This document shows, piece after piece, positions 26,348-36,918 of a stretch of 64,000 bases of DNA. Source of the DNA: Candidatus Beckwithbacteria bacterium CG10_big_fil_rev_8_21_14_0_10_34_10 (GTDB taxonomy: Bacteria; Patescibacteriota; Microgenomatia; UBA1400); assembly GCA_002773945.1 (NCBI GenBank), contig PEZT01000016.1:11655-75654 (forward strand), in the 5' to 3' direction. The notes under the pieces are model-generated. The model did no database searches and had not been told where the DNA came from. It saw only the letters and a list, made by a program, of their open reading frames with translations. The number at the start of each line of letters is the position of its first letter. Position 1 is the first letter of the stretch. The translations under genes were made by a program, and so were the position numbers.

Positions 26348-27541
26348 TTAAGCTTTTTTTCCAAGCCTTTGATAAACTTTGTCTAGGTTTGCTGAAATTA
26401 AATCCCAGCTGTATTTATCTTCAATCATTTTGTAGGCTGAGCTGACAAGCCTTTGTCCAAGTTCAGGTGTTTTTAAAAGCCTAACCGTTAATTCTGCCAG
26501 GTTCTTGGCTCCGTTACCAACTAATACCTCACTTTCAGTTTTTGCCTCTATTCCTTCTATTCCTAAAGGAGTGGTAACCACTGGTAATTTGGTCGCCATT
26601 GCTTCTAAAACCTTGTACTTGGTTCCCCTGCCATTTCTAATTGGGGCCAATAAAACTGAGGCTTCGCCAAAAGCAACCCTTATATCTTTAACATGGCTAT
26701 CAACCAAAACGTCTTTTTTACCTCCTAAACTTAATATTTCCGGGGTAGGGTTTTTACCCACAATCCAAAGCTTTGCCTGAGGAATCTTCTTTTTAATTAA
26801 GGGCCAAATTTCAAAAGTTAAAAACTTAGCTGCGTCTTTGTTGGGTAACCATTTAAAGTTACCGACAAATAAAACTGTGGGAACCTTTGGTTTTTTCATC
26901 TTCGCCTGATTAAAAAATTCTATATCGACTCCATTAGCCACCACATCAATATTTTTTTTGGGAGCCACTTTCGCCATAATTTTTTTGTCTTCTCCTGACA
27001 TGGCCGCTAAACTGCTTGCTTGACGCCAAAAAAATTCTTCCCAGAATTTTAACTTTAAAACATCAAAATATAAAAATGGTTTTAAAAATTTAAATTTAAA
27101 ATTGTCAACATACTTTTTATATACCAAATATTCTATTGTCTGTTCAACTAAAAGAATGGGAATTTTAGTTAAGGGAATATTAGGAGTCATATAAAAAGGC
27201 TCAGCGTGAATTAAATCATAATTACCAGTTCTTAATTCTTGGCTAATCGCTTTTCTGGCTTTTAAAGATAAATAGGTAGAAATCATCACAAAAGGAAAGG
27301 GAGAAAAACCTGCAATTAAAACATTTTTGAAAGACCAAGCGGGCCGACGTTTAAAAACTTTTACTTTATAACAAAACTTTTCCAACTCCTTAATATGAAT
27401 TTTCTCTCCATCTTTCCTAATAAAAGAAAACAGGGTAATTTCATATTTATCCTTAAGTTTTTTTAAAAGATTATATGTTCTTATCTGGCCTCCTGACAAA
27501 AGAGGGTAAGGAAGATAAGGGGTAAGCATTAATATTTTCAT
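26348..27541 (-). CDS. GT4 glycosyltransferase
   Basis: PYPLLSGGQIR, NGVD, GTKYKVLEAMA. Start set at MKILML (track gives 27568). Confidence 0.88.
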   Translation of the reverse strand: MKILMLTPYLPYPLLSGGQIRTYNLLKKLKDKYEITLFSFIRKDGEKIHIKELEKFCYKVKVFKRRPAWSFKNVLIAGFSPFPFVMISTYLSLKARKAISQELRTGNYDLIHAEPFYMTPNIPLTKIPILLVEQTIEYLVYKKYVDNFKFKFLKPFLYFDVLKLKFWEEFFWRQASSLAAMSGEDKKIMAKVAPKKNIDVVANGVDIEFFNQAKMKKPKVPTVLFVGNFKWLPNKDAAKFLTFEIWPLIKKKIPQAKLWIVGKNPTPEILSLGGKKDVLVDSHVKDIRVAFGEASVLLAPIRNGRGTKYKVLEAMATKLPVVTTPLGIEGIEAKTESEVLVGNGAKNLAELTVRLLKTPELGQRLVSSAYKMIEDKYSWDLISANLDKVYQRLGKKA

Positions 27542-27595
27542 TGTATGTATTTTTTTTAGTATGACCAAACCCTAATATAGTTTTTAGACCAAGTT

Positions 27596-29035
27596 CTATT
27601 TAATCTTAGCAAAATCACATTCTTGAAGATCAATAATAATAAATTTTTCCGTTTCTTTTAAAACAGAACATGCGTTCTTTAAAGTATTAGTCTGATCATT
27701 AAAATCAACACTCACATAATAGGTTGCTCCCCTTAAAATATATTCTTGTAGTTCATCCTTATTTCTTAAAACAGGCCAGCCATTCCTATTGGTCTGATAC
27801 AAAAACGCCGGATCCCAATCATAAGGAGCGATTATTTTGGACTCCTGAGGTGTTAATTGATCAACTGCTTGACCAGCTTCAACAATCTCCCAGCGGTTAA
27901 TATTGAAAAAACCCCTGACTTCATACCAACCGAAAGCCAGCATTATTAAAACCAAGCTAATAGCTATTCCCCTATTAAAAAGGGTAGAAAAACCATCTTT
28001 GGCTTTCTGCCATAAAACATCAAAACCTTTAGCCATAAAAATACAGGCAACTGGAACAATCGGCATCTGGTAATAATCATGAGTTACATTGCCCATGGCA
28101 AAATAACTAATGTAAGCCGCAGCTGACAATAACCAGGTTAAATAAAAAAGACCTTCTTTGTTGTCTCTTTTACTAACTAGCCCTTGGAAAAACAAAACAA
28201 AGCCGCCGGTGGCTAAAATTAAACGATTAAGGCGGTCAAATATTATCCAGCGGAAGAAAGCACCTTTAAAACGAATGTTAGTCGAATTTATCAACCACTT
28301 AGAACCAAACATGCCTTCTGGATGTAAGTTAATATGATAACGCCATAATCCCAAAGGAATTAAACCTATTAAAGCAAGCAAATAAACATCTAATTTTTTG
28401 AATGATTTTATCCCCCACTTTTTAAAAACAAGATAAGCTATTGGAATACCAAGAAATATTGCGTAAGGCTTGGTTAGCATCGCTAAGGCTAAACTAAATC
28501 CCGAGACTAGGGCTAAACTCCTCTTTTCTTTATTAAGCCAAAGAGTAATAAGATATAAAGAAAGAACAGAAAAAAAGATAAAAGTCGGATCAGGCATTAT
28601 TACCCGGCCGTAATAAATGTTGTAGGGTAAAACTGCATAAAAAAGGGCTGATAAAAAGGCAATTAATTTTGAAGAATACTGCTTTGCCAGTAAATACAAA
28701 AAAACCACTGTCAAAGAAGAAACAAAAACACTGACTAAACGGGCTAACTTCTCCTGAACTCCAAAAGATTGGTAAAATAAAGCCACGACCGCATTGTACA
28801 AAGGAAATTCATTTAAAAAATAACGATTGGGATTATCTAAATCCTCTATTTGGGACCGAGGATAAAAAATATTAAAATCTTCCGTGGCAAAATTACGCGC
28901 TACTGCCGCTGTATCTGCCTGTCTCCAAGAATGCCAATCAGCTACCGGATTATCAATCTTGTAAGTTCTTAAAAAAAAGGCAGTTATAAAAATAGAAATT
29001 AAAAAAATTATTTCCTTTATTTCCGATTTTTTCAT
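27596..29035 (-). CDS. GT-C-fold membrane glycosyltransferase (ArnT/PMT_2-like)
   Basis: Polytopic; WHSWRQADT in first loop, EFPLY, ARLVS, LTKP, HDYY. Confidence 0.8.
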   Translation of the reverse strand: MKKSEIKEIIFLISIFITAFFLRTYKIDNPVADWHSWRQADTAAVARNFATEDFNIFYPRSQIEDLDNPNRYFLNEFPLYNAVVALFYQSFGVQEKLARLVSVFVSSLTVVFLYLLAKQYSSKLIAFLSALFYAVLPYNIYYGRVIMPDPTFIFFSVLSLYLITLWLNKEKRSLALVSGFSLALAMLTKPYAIFLGIPIAYLVFKKWGIKSFKKLDVYLLALIGLIPLGLWRYHINLHPEGMFGSKWLINSTNIRFKGAFFRWIIFDRLNRLILATGGFVLFFQGLVSKRDNKEGLFYLTWLLSAAAYISYFAMGNVTHDYYQMPIVPVACIFMAKGFDVLWQKAKDGFSTLFNRGIAISLVLIMLAFGWYEVRGFFNINRWEIVEAGQAVDQLTPQESKIIAPYDWDPAFLYQTNRNGWPVLRNKDELQEYILRGATYYVSVDFNDQTNTLKNACSVLKETEKFIIIDLQECDFAKIK

Positions 29036-30663
29036 TTCTTGTTCTTAATACCTTTTTTTTGACTAAATAATCTTTGCTCTGATTCAGGTACCATAGCTAA
29101 TAATACCCCTGCTAAAGCCCAAAAAATAAAAGCCACCTTTGAAGCTTCGAATACATCAATATAAATAGCATTAATCAAAAGTCCAATTGTGAAAGCAATA
29201 AAACCAACAATAAAAGCCAAAATCAATGGCTCAACTTTTTGTTTTAACATTTTAATTGAAGTCATAATTGTTAATCCTATTATTCCAAAAAAAGTAATAA
29301 ATCCTAATAAACCAGTTTCTCCCAAAGCCCTTAAATAACCATTATCTGTTGATTCAGCTTCAGTAAATTGGCCAACTGAGGTTTTGCTAAGAGTCGAATA
29401 GCCAGATCCAAGTAAAGGATTTCTTTTAAATCCCTGAATTGCCCAGGGCCATAAAGCATCAAGCCTTATAGCGGCTGACAAACCATATTTGTAGGCATTA
29501 TCAGAAAAATCTCTTTTAACTGGCCTTAGAATTGCTGCCATGGTTGCTCCTAGCTCACCTGAAAGAGTGGCTGAAGCAGTGGCATCAAGCTCATAATCAG
29601 GAATATCTTCATAGACGCCCGGAGGTAAACCACTAGGCTTTTCAGTTACTGGACGTTCATCAGTTTTATCCAAAATTAAAGACAAATTCTCATCTAAAGC
29701 CAAATAATCTCCCTTTTGAGGCGGGGGTTTAAATGGGCTAACTAATCTTTCCAACTGCCATTTATTTTTTAAATCAGCTAATTTTAAAAGGTGGGCAAAT
29801 CGATCTGATAAATCACCAAAAAAAATCATAATTAAAAAACTGAAAATAAAAACTCCTGAAAAGCGGGGCAAGCTCCAGCGCCAGCCTTTTTTAAAAGCAA
29901 AAATTATGAAAAGAATTGTCATCCCACCTATATAGGCTAAAAATGATGTTCTAGAGGCAGAAAGAATCATTAACCAGTAGCCCAGAATGAAGGAACTAAA
30001 AAATAGGGCTTTAAGGCTCTTTTTTTTAGTAATAAAACCTAAAGATAAAGACAAAATCAAACTAATAACCAAGAAAGCAGCTAAATCATAATGCCCGCCG
30101 AAAGTAGAGGGGACTCGAGCATGCTCAGTTAAATACAGCTTGATCCCTTTAGAAAACTCCCGGTTCATAGTTGAATAAACAGGCCAGTAATAATATTTTT
30201 GGCCATAACCATAAATAGATACTAAAACCGTTACTACTGAGGTCAAAATTAAAAGAAGCTTGACTGACTTAAAGTTTTTAATCCCATTATAAAAGATATA
30301 AAAAATACTAAAATACTCTATTCTTCTCATCCAATGAAGCAGGGCTTTTACAATATGGATCTGATCGTAAGGAATAGTTTTTGTAATATAAATGGCTGAA
30401 ACAACCGAAAGAAAACCAATACATATATAAGCCACCATTGGCCAAAATATTATCGATTTAAAACTAGCTTTTTTTCTTATTGCCTGAATTAAAAAAACTA
30501 AGAAAGCTACTAAAACAAAAAAATCTTCTATTCTAACCCTCACAATATAACCGGGAATTGCTTCTAAAAGAGGAATTTTGGGATATAAAGGAATAAAAAC
30601 AAGTAAAAAAAAGCTGAAAACAGTCAGAATATTGCTGTCAAACCACTTTAAAAGCTTTTTCAT
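29032..30663 (-). CDS. O-antigen ligase/polymerase (WaaL/Wzy_C-like)
   Basis: Polytopic; RVPSTF, SASRTS, SAAIRL..W, NPLLGSG, DNGYLRALGETGLLG. Confidence 0.82.
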   Translation of the reverse strand: MKKLLKWFDSNILTVFSFFLLVFIPLYPKIPLLEAIPGYIVRVRIEDFFVLVAFLVFLIQAIRKKASFKSIIFWPMVAYICIGFLSVVSAIYITKTIPYDQIHIVKALLHWMRRIEYFSIFYIFYNGIKNFKSVKLLLILTSVVTVLVSIYGYGQKYYYWPVYSTMNREFSKGIKLYLTEHARVPSTFGGHYDLAAFLVISLILSLSLGFITKKKSLKALFFSSFILGYWLMILSASRTSFLAYIGGMTILFIIFAFKKGWRWSLPRFSGVFIFSFLIMIFFGDLSDRFAHLLKLADLKNKWQLERLVSPFKPPPQKGDYLALDENLSLILDKTDERPVTEKPSGLPPGVYEDIPDYELDATASATLSGELGATMAAILRPVKRDFSDNAYKYGLSAAIRLDALWPWAIQGFKRNPLLGSGYSTLSKTSVGQFTEAESTDNGYLRALGETGLLGFITFFGIIGLTIMTSIKMLKQKVEPLILAFIVGFIAFTIGLLINAIYIDVFEASKVAFIFWALAGVLLAMVPESEQRLFSQKKGIKNKK

Positions 30664-31549
30664 AAACCTTTCTCCTATTTTGATCTTTCTCTAGTATACC
30701 AAATAATACAATTCTTGTAAGAGCCCCTATTTTAAGCAAAACCTTTAAAATTGGCAACTCCCATAGGGGTCTAAGCTTTTGATAAAACTTTATCAAGCCC
30801 TGATATTCACCTAAAACAGCCCTTTCAAATCCCTGGGGATCATTGCCGCCTTTATAATGAATTACTTTGGCTTGAGGATAAAACCAAATCTTAAAACCAA
30901 TCTTTTTAGCCCTGAAACACAAATCCACTTCCTCACTATACATAAAAAAGCTTTCATCAAAACCTTTAATTTCACTTAAAACATTTTTTTTAAACATAAT
31001 AAAAGCACCTGTCACCCAATCTAAAGATCTAGTTTTTTTATAAAATCCCCTTCTGTTTTCTTGATAAGATTTTAATAGGGTATTTATAATTGGCAAATCA
31101 TCAATAAAAAACATTTGGTAAAAAACCCGTCTTAATTTGGGAAAGTAGCCACCTGAAGACTGAATGGTACCATCAGCATTTTTAAGCTGGCAGCCTAAAA
31201 TATCAACCCCGGCCCTGCTTTTCATAAAATCAAGGGATTTTTCAATCGCTTTATCTAAAATAAGGGTATCGGAATTTAAAAATAAAATATATTCGCCTTG
31301 GGCAATTTTAATTCCCTCATTATTGGCCTTGGCATAACCTTGGTTTTCTTTATTCTCAACTGTTTTTACCTGAGGAAACTTTTCCTTGATTTTTTTTACG
31401 GTTTTATCCAAAGAAGCATTATCAACTACAATAACTTCAAACCTTGTTTTTTTTGTTTCTTTAAAAATAGATTCTAAACAAGCAAGGGTCAGCTTTTCAG
31501 TATTGAAACTGGGAATAATAATAGAAAGTTCTATTTTTGATTGAGTCAC
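30638..31549 (-). CDS. GT2 glycosyltransferase
   Basis: SIIIPSFN, VDNASLD, FLNSD, DWVTGA, FFMYSEEVDL. Confidence 0.9.
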   Translation of the reverse strand: MTQSKIELSIIIPSFNTEKLTLACLESIFKETKKTRFEVIVVDNASLDKTVKKIKEKFPQVKTVENKENQGYAKANNEGIKIAQGEYILFLNSDTLILDKAIEKSLDFMKSRAGVDILGCQLKNADGTIQSSGGYFPKLRRVFYQMFFIDDLPIINTLLKSYQENRRGFYKKTRSLDWVTGAFIMFKKNVLSEIKGFDESFFMYSEEVDLCFRAKKIGFKIWFYPQAKVIHYKGGNDPQGFERAVLGEYQGLIKFYQKLRPLWELPILKVLLKIGALTRIVLFGILEKDQNRRKVYEKAFKVV

Positions 31550-31553
31550 TTTT

Positions 31554-32147
31554 TTATTGAAAAAGCCTAGCCCTGCCCAAGCGATATTTTAATTTACTGA
31601 CGCCTCTTTTTTTAATTTCTCTGGCTGGAACACCACCAACAACTGTCATTTCTGGAATATCTTTGGTTACTACTGCCCCAGAACCAACCACTGCTCCTCT
31701 ACCAATTTTAACTCCTGGCAAAATAATTACCCTAGCACCTATAAAACAATAATCGCCAATCTCAACCGGCTTTTCTACTGGTTTAAAATCATCAGAATGA
31801 ACATCATGCTGACTGTTGTAAATTAAAACCTGAGAAGCAATGGCCACATGATCACCAATCTTTAAAGAATCTCTGCCATCTAAAAAGCAATGATCGCCAA
31901 TAATCGTATCTTTACCAATAGAAATATTCTTGGGTTGAAAAAATCTAGCCCCCATATGAATAGTTGAACCCTTGCCAATTTTAATGCCGCTTAAGCGGTA
32001 ACAAAAATTGCGAAAACAGTGAAAGGGAACATAACCAACTAAACCTAAAAGCATGACTTTAAAATCAAGGTAATAGCTATAAAAACGGTTAAAAACCTTT
32101 TTAGATATCTCTTCTGATGATAATATATTTCCCATTTTATCTTTCAT
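31554..32147 (-). CDS. Hexapeptide-repeat sugar O-acyltransferase
   Basis: IGxx repeats, LDGR, ILPGVKIG, VVTKD, GGVPA. Confidence 0.9.
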   Translation of the reverse strand: MKDKMGNILSSEEISKKVFNRFYSYYLDFKVMLLGLVGYVPFHCFRNFCYRLSGIKIGKGSTIHMGARFFQPKNISIGKDTIIGDHCFLDGRDSLKIGDHVAIASQVLIYNSQHDVHSDDFKPVEKPVEIGDYCFIGARVIILPGVKIGRGAVVGSGAVVTKDIPEMTVVGGVPAREIKKRGVSKLKYRLGRARLFQ

Positions 32148-32152
32148 AATTT

Positions 32153-32380
32153 TTACAGATAATTCCTTCTTACTAAAACTCCATTCTCAAACCATAAAAT
32201 TCTTAGCGGCTGGCTTTCAACTGGTGTTCTTTCTAACTCACCACCAGGGCTATTTCTTTCTTCTGAATAACGAGGTTTTCCTTGTAATTCTCTTAAGTCT
32301 CTTAAATTTTCTACAATTAATCTTACATTATCCATCCCTGGGCTTAAACCGACTTGGTTAACTTGAGGTTCTACTGGCAT
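32153..32380 (-). CDS. Small hypothetical protein (75 aa)
   Basis: Fills the gap between two operon genes; overlaps the upstream gene by 23 nt. Confidence 0.6.
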   Translation of the reverse strand: MPVEPQVNQVGLSPGMDNVRLIVENLRDLRELQGKPRYSEERNSPGGELERTPVESQPLRILWFENGVLVRRNYL

Positions 32381-33506
32381 ATTTAAGCTCCTTTAATACT
32401 TTCTGGGCTGATTTTTCCCAGGAAAACTTTTTAATTTGTTCAAAGCCTAATTTTATTAGCTTTTCTCTTTCGTTTAAATTTAATTCTACCATTTTTTCTA
32501 AGGCTTGATAAATACAATCAACTGATTCAGGGTTATTAATATATAAAGCCGCCTCTCCCCCAACTTCCGGCAGGGAAGAGGTATTGGATATTATCACCGG
32601 ACAGCCTAATTGCATTGCTTCTAAAACAGGAATCCCAAAACCTTCATATAATGAAGGTAAAACTAAACTCTGGCTGTTTTTCAAAAGGACATTTTTCTCT
32701 CCTTTAGAAATATAGTCTGTAAAAACAATCTTATCTTTTAAATTTAACTCCCCTACTTTCTTAAAAATATCATCATAAAGCCAACCCTTTTTACCCGCTA
32801 CAACCAGTTGATAATTAGAATATTTTAAACTTAGCTTTTTAAAAGCTTCAATTAGTTTTAAAAGATTTTTTCTAGGTTGAAGGGTACCTAAGTAAAAAAA
32901 GTATTTACCCTGAAGTTTATATTTACTCTTTAAAGATTTAAAGCTTTCTTGTTTTTCTTCTTTAAGTTTTGTTGTTCCCGGATAAACAACCGTAATTTTT
33001 CCGGATGGATAATTATATAAATTTACTATTTCTTTTTTACTAAACTCAGAAATGGCAATAATATGAGCCGCTTTTTTAACTGAGTCTTTAGTCCATTTTA
33101 TTAGTTTATAAAGGTCTTTTTTTCTAAATTGGTCAGGAAAACGCAGGAAAGCCAAGTCCATAATTGCCATTACTAAAGGAGCTGGACAAATTAAAGGACT
33201 GTAATGACCAGGGGTAAAAAAAACATCAATATTTTTCTTATTAAGAACTAACTCTAAAGGCAAACGCCATCTAGTCCATAGTATTTTAGGTTTTAAAACT
33301 CGATACTGCCACCAATCAGTCTTTGCGGGTAAATCAGAAAGCGGTTGATCTTTTAAATAAACTATACATTTAAAATCAGGCTTATTTCCTTTTAATCTTA
33401 AATCCTTTATTTCCTTAAAAAGGTGGATTAAAAGTTTAAAAGCATACTCATTACTGCCTACCCTATTTTCAATATTAGCTTCATTGCCATCAATAGCAAT
33501 CATCAT
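32358..33506 (-). CDS. GT4 glycosyltransferase
   Basis: RVGSNEY, GTLQPRKN, PSLYEGFGIPVLEAM, FSWEK. Confidence 0.92.
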   Translation of the reverse strand: MMIAIDGNEANIENRVGSNEYAFKLLIHLFKEIKDLRLKGNKPDFKCIVYLKDQPLSDLPAKTDWWQYRVLKPKILWTRWRLPLELVLNKKNIDVFFTPGHYSPLICPAPLVMAIMDLAFLRFPDQFRKKDLYKLIKWTKDSVKKAAHIIAISEFSKKEIVNLYNYPSGKITVVYPGTTKLKEEKQESFKSLKSKYKLQGKYFFYLGTLQPRKNLLKLIEAFKKLSLKYSNYQLVVAGKKGWLYDDIFKKVGELNLKDKIVFTDYISKGEKNVLLKNSQSLVLPSLYEGFGIPVLEAMQLGCPVIISNTSSLPEVGGEAALYINNPESVDCIYQALEKMVELNLNEREKLIKLGFEQIKKFSWEKSAQKVLKELKYASRTSS

Positions 33507-34630
33507 TATATACTCCTGTATATTTTAAGAGTTTGTTCGGCTGTTTTTTCCCAGGAAAATTTATTTATTTGCTTAAATCCGCTTTTAATTAATTCTTCTT
33601 TTTTTGTTTTGTCTTCTAATATTCTTTTTATTCCTCTTTTTATATCTTCCGCTTTATGGGGATTAACTAAAATTCCTGCTTCTCCAGTTACTTCAGGCAA
33701 TGAGGAAGTATTGGCAGCCACTACTGGACAACCAACACTCATCGCTTCTAGAAGAGATAAACCAAAACCCTCATAAAAAGAAGGAAAAACCGCTCCTAAA
33801 GATTTTTGATATAAGGCTTTAAGCTGGCCAGCAGAAAGGTAATCTAAAACAATTATTTTGTCTTTTTTATTTGACTGTTTAATAATTGAGCTTTGTTTTT
33901 CTTTAGCCCAAAGCGGCTGGCCAAATAAAACTAAAAATAAATCATTATCTTCAATTTTTTCAAAGGCCTTAACTAAATTCTTAAGATTTTTTCTCGGGTT
34001 TTTAATGGCATCAGAAACAATAAATTTTTTAAGATTAAGTTTTTTTACAAAGTCTAAATCAGCTTTGGCCTTTAAAAAGTTGTTATTAAGACCTTCATAA
34101 ATAACTCTTATTCTTTTTTCCTTAATCCCTAGTCTTTTAATCAAATCTTTTTTAGTATTCTTGGAAACAGCAATTATAATATTACTTTCTTTCTTAACTA
34201 ACTTAAGCTTTCTTTTAAAAACTTTAACAATTTTTGGGTGATGAAGCTTGGAGTAAATCAAAGGGGCTAAATCGTGAACAGTTGTTATTTTAAAAGCCTT
34301 GCTTTTAGGTTCTGTCCAGTCGCTTGAGTGAAAAACATCAGCTTTTTCAGTAAAAACCTCAATTGGTAATCTTAAACGGTTAAAAAGAATTTCCCCCAAA
34401 CTTACAGGAAGAGAATAAAACTTTTTTTCTAAATTACTTCTATTTATATTTTCATTATTTAAAAGCTTTCTATAAAAATCCTCAAAGATATTTTTATTTC
34501 TAAGCGATAAGCCAAAAAGACAATAGGTTGAAGATTTATCAATTTTTAAAAGATTTAAAACTAGATTCCTGGTATATACCCCCACTCCACCAGGATAAGC
34601 AATTTGAGAAATATCAATTACTACTCTCAT
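33506..34630 (-). CDS. GT4 glycosyltransferase
   Basis: GVGVY, TTVHDL, PRKN, PSFYEGFGLSLLEAM, FSWEK. Confidence 0.92.
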   Translation of the reverse strand: MRVVIDISQIAYPGGVGVYTRNLVLNLLKIDKSSTYCLFGLSLRNKNIFEDFYRKLLNNENINRSNLEKKFYSLPVSLGEILFNRLRLPIEVFTEKADVFHSSDWTEPKSKAFKITTVHDLAPLIYSKLHHPKIVKVFKRKLKLVKKESNIIIAVSKNTKKDLIKRLGIKEKRIRVIYEGLNNNFLKAKADLDFVKKLNLKKFIVSDAIKNPRKNLKNLVKAFEKIEDNDLFLVLFGQPLWAKEKQSSIIKQSNKKDKIIVLDYLSAGQLKALYQKSLGAVFPSFYEGFGLSLLEAMSVGCPVVAANTSSLPEVTGEAGILVNPHKAEDIKRGIKRILEDKTKKEELIKSGFKQINKFSWEKTAEQTLKIYRSI

Positions 34631-34638
34631 TTATCTAA

Positions 34639-36054
34639 TTATACCTTGAAAGCCAGCATTTTTTCCCATTTTTCTAAAGTTACCCCATTAAAATGCCTTT
34701 CAAAAACCCTAATAAAACCATTATTCTTTAAAAAAAGTCGGGTTTCATCCTGGGGATCAAAAATGGGCTGAGCATAGGGAATTAACCAAACTGAATCAAA
34801 ATTAACCACTGCTTCTTTTTGAAAAATATAGACCTTGGAGCTTTCTCCCTTATCATAGTATTCAAAAGGAGCAGTTACATTTTGAAAAATTAAAACCGGT
34901 TCTTTTAATATATTTTCTTGATGAAGCTGAGTTACTGCCTGCTTCCAATCTTCCCTATGATTTATGGGATTAAAAAGATATTTAAAACAGAAAAACAAGT
35001 TAATAAACAAAGCCATCCCTAAAAATACCCTGGGCTGCCTTGTTCTGGTAATTCCCCGGGCTAATAAAAGGTATAAAGCTGGCAAACAGAATAAAAATCT
35101 AAAATAAGATAAAATTGGCAGCTTGATACTAACAATTATTCCCAAAACAATAGGAACAATTAACCAAAAGAAAAACAAGCTTAGTCCTTTTTCATATGCT
35201 TTTAAAATTAAATAGCCAAAAAACAAAAATGAAATAAAGGCAATGAAGCCATATAAAACCTTATTATCAAAAGAAACCCTACCCATGATAAATTTAACCG
35301 GTAATAAACCAATATTTTTAAAACTTAAATTGCCAAGAGTCTGACTCCACACAGAACTTTCCCCAGCTACTTTATTACCAATCTTAAGTTGTTTTAATAA
35401 AATAGGCAGCCAAGGCAAATATAAAATCAGTAAAATAAAATTAACCAAAAAGAAATTAACCAAGTCTTTCTTTTTTAACTTTAGGGTTAAAAAATAAAAC
35501 CATTGCGCTGGTAAAAGAAAAAAACTTAAATAGTGAGAATAGATCATAAACAAAGTTGTCAAAATATATAAAAAAGCATTGCTAAAACTTCTTTTTTTTA
35601 CTAGTTTTGCGAAATAATAAATTGAAAGAATAACTAACAAACTGGTTAGCACATATGTTCTGGCTTCTTGAGAATAATACAAGTAAAGGGGTGATGTTCC
35701 TAACAACAAAAGGCTAAAAACAGCACCTTTTTTATCATGATAATAAAGCTTAAATAGTTTATAAGCATAAAAACAGCTCAAAATTGAAAAAATAATACTA
35801 GGCAGTCTTAAGAAAAACTCTGTGGCCGGAAAAATCTTTAACCAAAAATGTAATATCAAATAGTATAAGGGCGGATAAAAATCTTTAGGTAAAAAATTAA
35901 ATAAAAGCTCTTTTAAGGGATATTTGGTGGCGACTTCAAAAGAAAATGCTTCATCTAGCCATAAAGACTGACTAATACTAACAAAGCGAAGCAATAAAAC
36001 AAAAAGAAAAATTAGAAAAATACTAATTTTCTTGTTTTTAAATAGTCTAAGCAT
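34639..36054 (-). CDS. GT-C-fold membrane glycosyltransferase (GT39/PMT_2-like)
   Basis: QSLWLDEA, PPLYY, LRLPS, YSQEARTY, REDWK. Confidence 0.85.
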   Translation of the reverse strand: MLRLFKNKKISIFLIFLFVLLLRFVSISQSLWLDEAFSFEVATKYPLKELLFNFLPKDFYPPLYYLILHFWLKIFPATEFFLRLPSIIFSILSCFYAYKLFKLYYHDKKGAVFSLLLLGTSPLYLYYSQEARTYVLTSLLVILSIYYFAKLVKKRSFSNAFLYILTTLFMIYSHYLSFFLLPAQWFYFLTLKLKKKDLVNFFLVNFILLILYLPWLPILLKQLKIGNKVAGESSVWSQTLGNLSFKNIGLLPVKFIMGRVSFDNKVLYGFIAFISFLFFGYLILKAYEKGLSLFFFWLIVPIVLGIIVSIKLPILSYFRFLFCLPALYLLLARGITRTRQPRVFLGMALFINLFFCFKYLFNPINHREDWKQAVTQLHQENILKEPVLIFQNVTAPFEYYDKGESSKVYIFQKEAVVNFDSVWLIPYAQPIFDPQDETRLFLKNNGFIRVFERHFNGVTLEKWEKMLAFKV

Positions 36055-36880
36055 GTTTTTTCTTTTCTAATAAACCCAATGATAACCCAAAATCGTAAAC
36101 TAACTTAAAAACTAAAAATCCAGGCTCTTTTTTAATTAAAGCAGTTTTTAAACCACTAATTAAAGAAAAAATGGGATTAGCTCTTAATAAGGCAATTCCC
36201 TTTCCCAATCCTCCCAACTTATATTTTCTTTTAGCTACCCATTTAGATTGATTGAAAATCTCCTTTAAGCTAGAAGGGTTGAAATGGTAATATTTAGCCT
36301 TAGTTGCCTGGGGTTTATATTTTAATTTTTCTGACAATGTCCAAGTATCAGTATAGCCAATATCTTCAAAGCCACCAACTTTATCAAACTCCTTTTTTAA
36401 TATTGCTCGGAAGTCTTTAGCCTGATTAATATTCTGAGGATTAATTCTTCTTTTATCAGGTAAGTTCCAGTTATAATTCCATGCCCGGGCCCAGCAATTA
36501 TTCCAATTAGCTACATATTCTTCAGTTGAAAAAGTACCTTTAGCTTTCCCTTTTTCGATTGGAGAAATTAATTGTTTTAAAAAATCTTTGTCAAAAAACA
36601 TATCTCCATCAAGAAAAACCAAGATATCACCTTTTGATTTAGTAACCGCTAGATTCCTAGCTTTAGCCGGCCCTTGATGATCTTTTTTTAAGATTTTCAA
36701 TTTTAGGCTATTATTGTCTTTTGTTTTAAATTCGGCTAATACCTCCCGGGTTTTATCAGTTGAACCATCATCAATAACAATCACTTCAAAATTTTTAAAA
36801 GATTGCTCTTTTAAGCTGCTTAAACATTTTTCAATGTGTTTTTCTTCGTTATAAATAGTGATGATTACACTTATTTTCAT
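36047..36880 (-). CDS. GT2 glycosyltransferase
   Basis: YNEE, DDGSTD, ARN, FLDGD. Confidence 0.9.
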   Translation of the reverse strand: MKISVIITIYNEEKHIEKCLSSLKEQSFKNFEVIVIDDGSTDKTREVLAEFKTKDNNSLKLKILKKDHQGPAKARNLAVTKSKGDILVFLDGDMFFDKDFLKQLISPIEKGKAKGTFSTEEYVANWNNCWARAWNYNWNLPDKRRINPQNINQAKDFRAILKKEFDKVGGFEDIGYTDTWTLSEKLKYKPQATKAKYYHFNPSSLKEIFNQSKWVAKRKYKLGGLGKGIALLRANPIFSLISGLKTALIKKEPGFLVFKLVYDFGLSLGLLEKKKHA

Positions 36881-36918
36881 TTAGATATTAAAAATATTAA
36901 TATTTTATTCCATCTAGA

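Noticed and set aside
33538-33553. 16-bp CGGCTGTTTTTTCCCA shared with ~50190-50205
   Set aside because: Encodes the conserved WEKTA motif of paralogous GT4s; too short to exceed protein constraint
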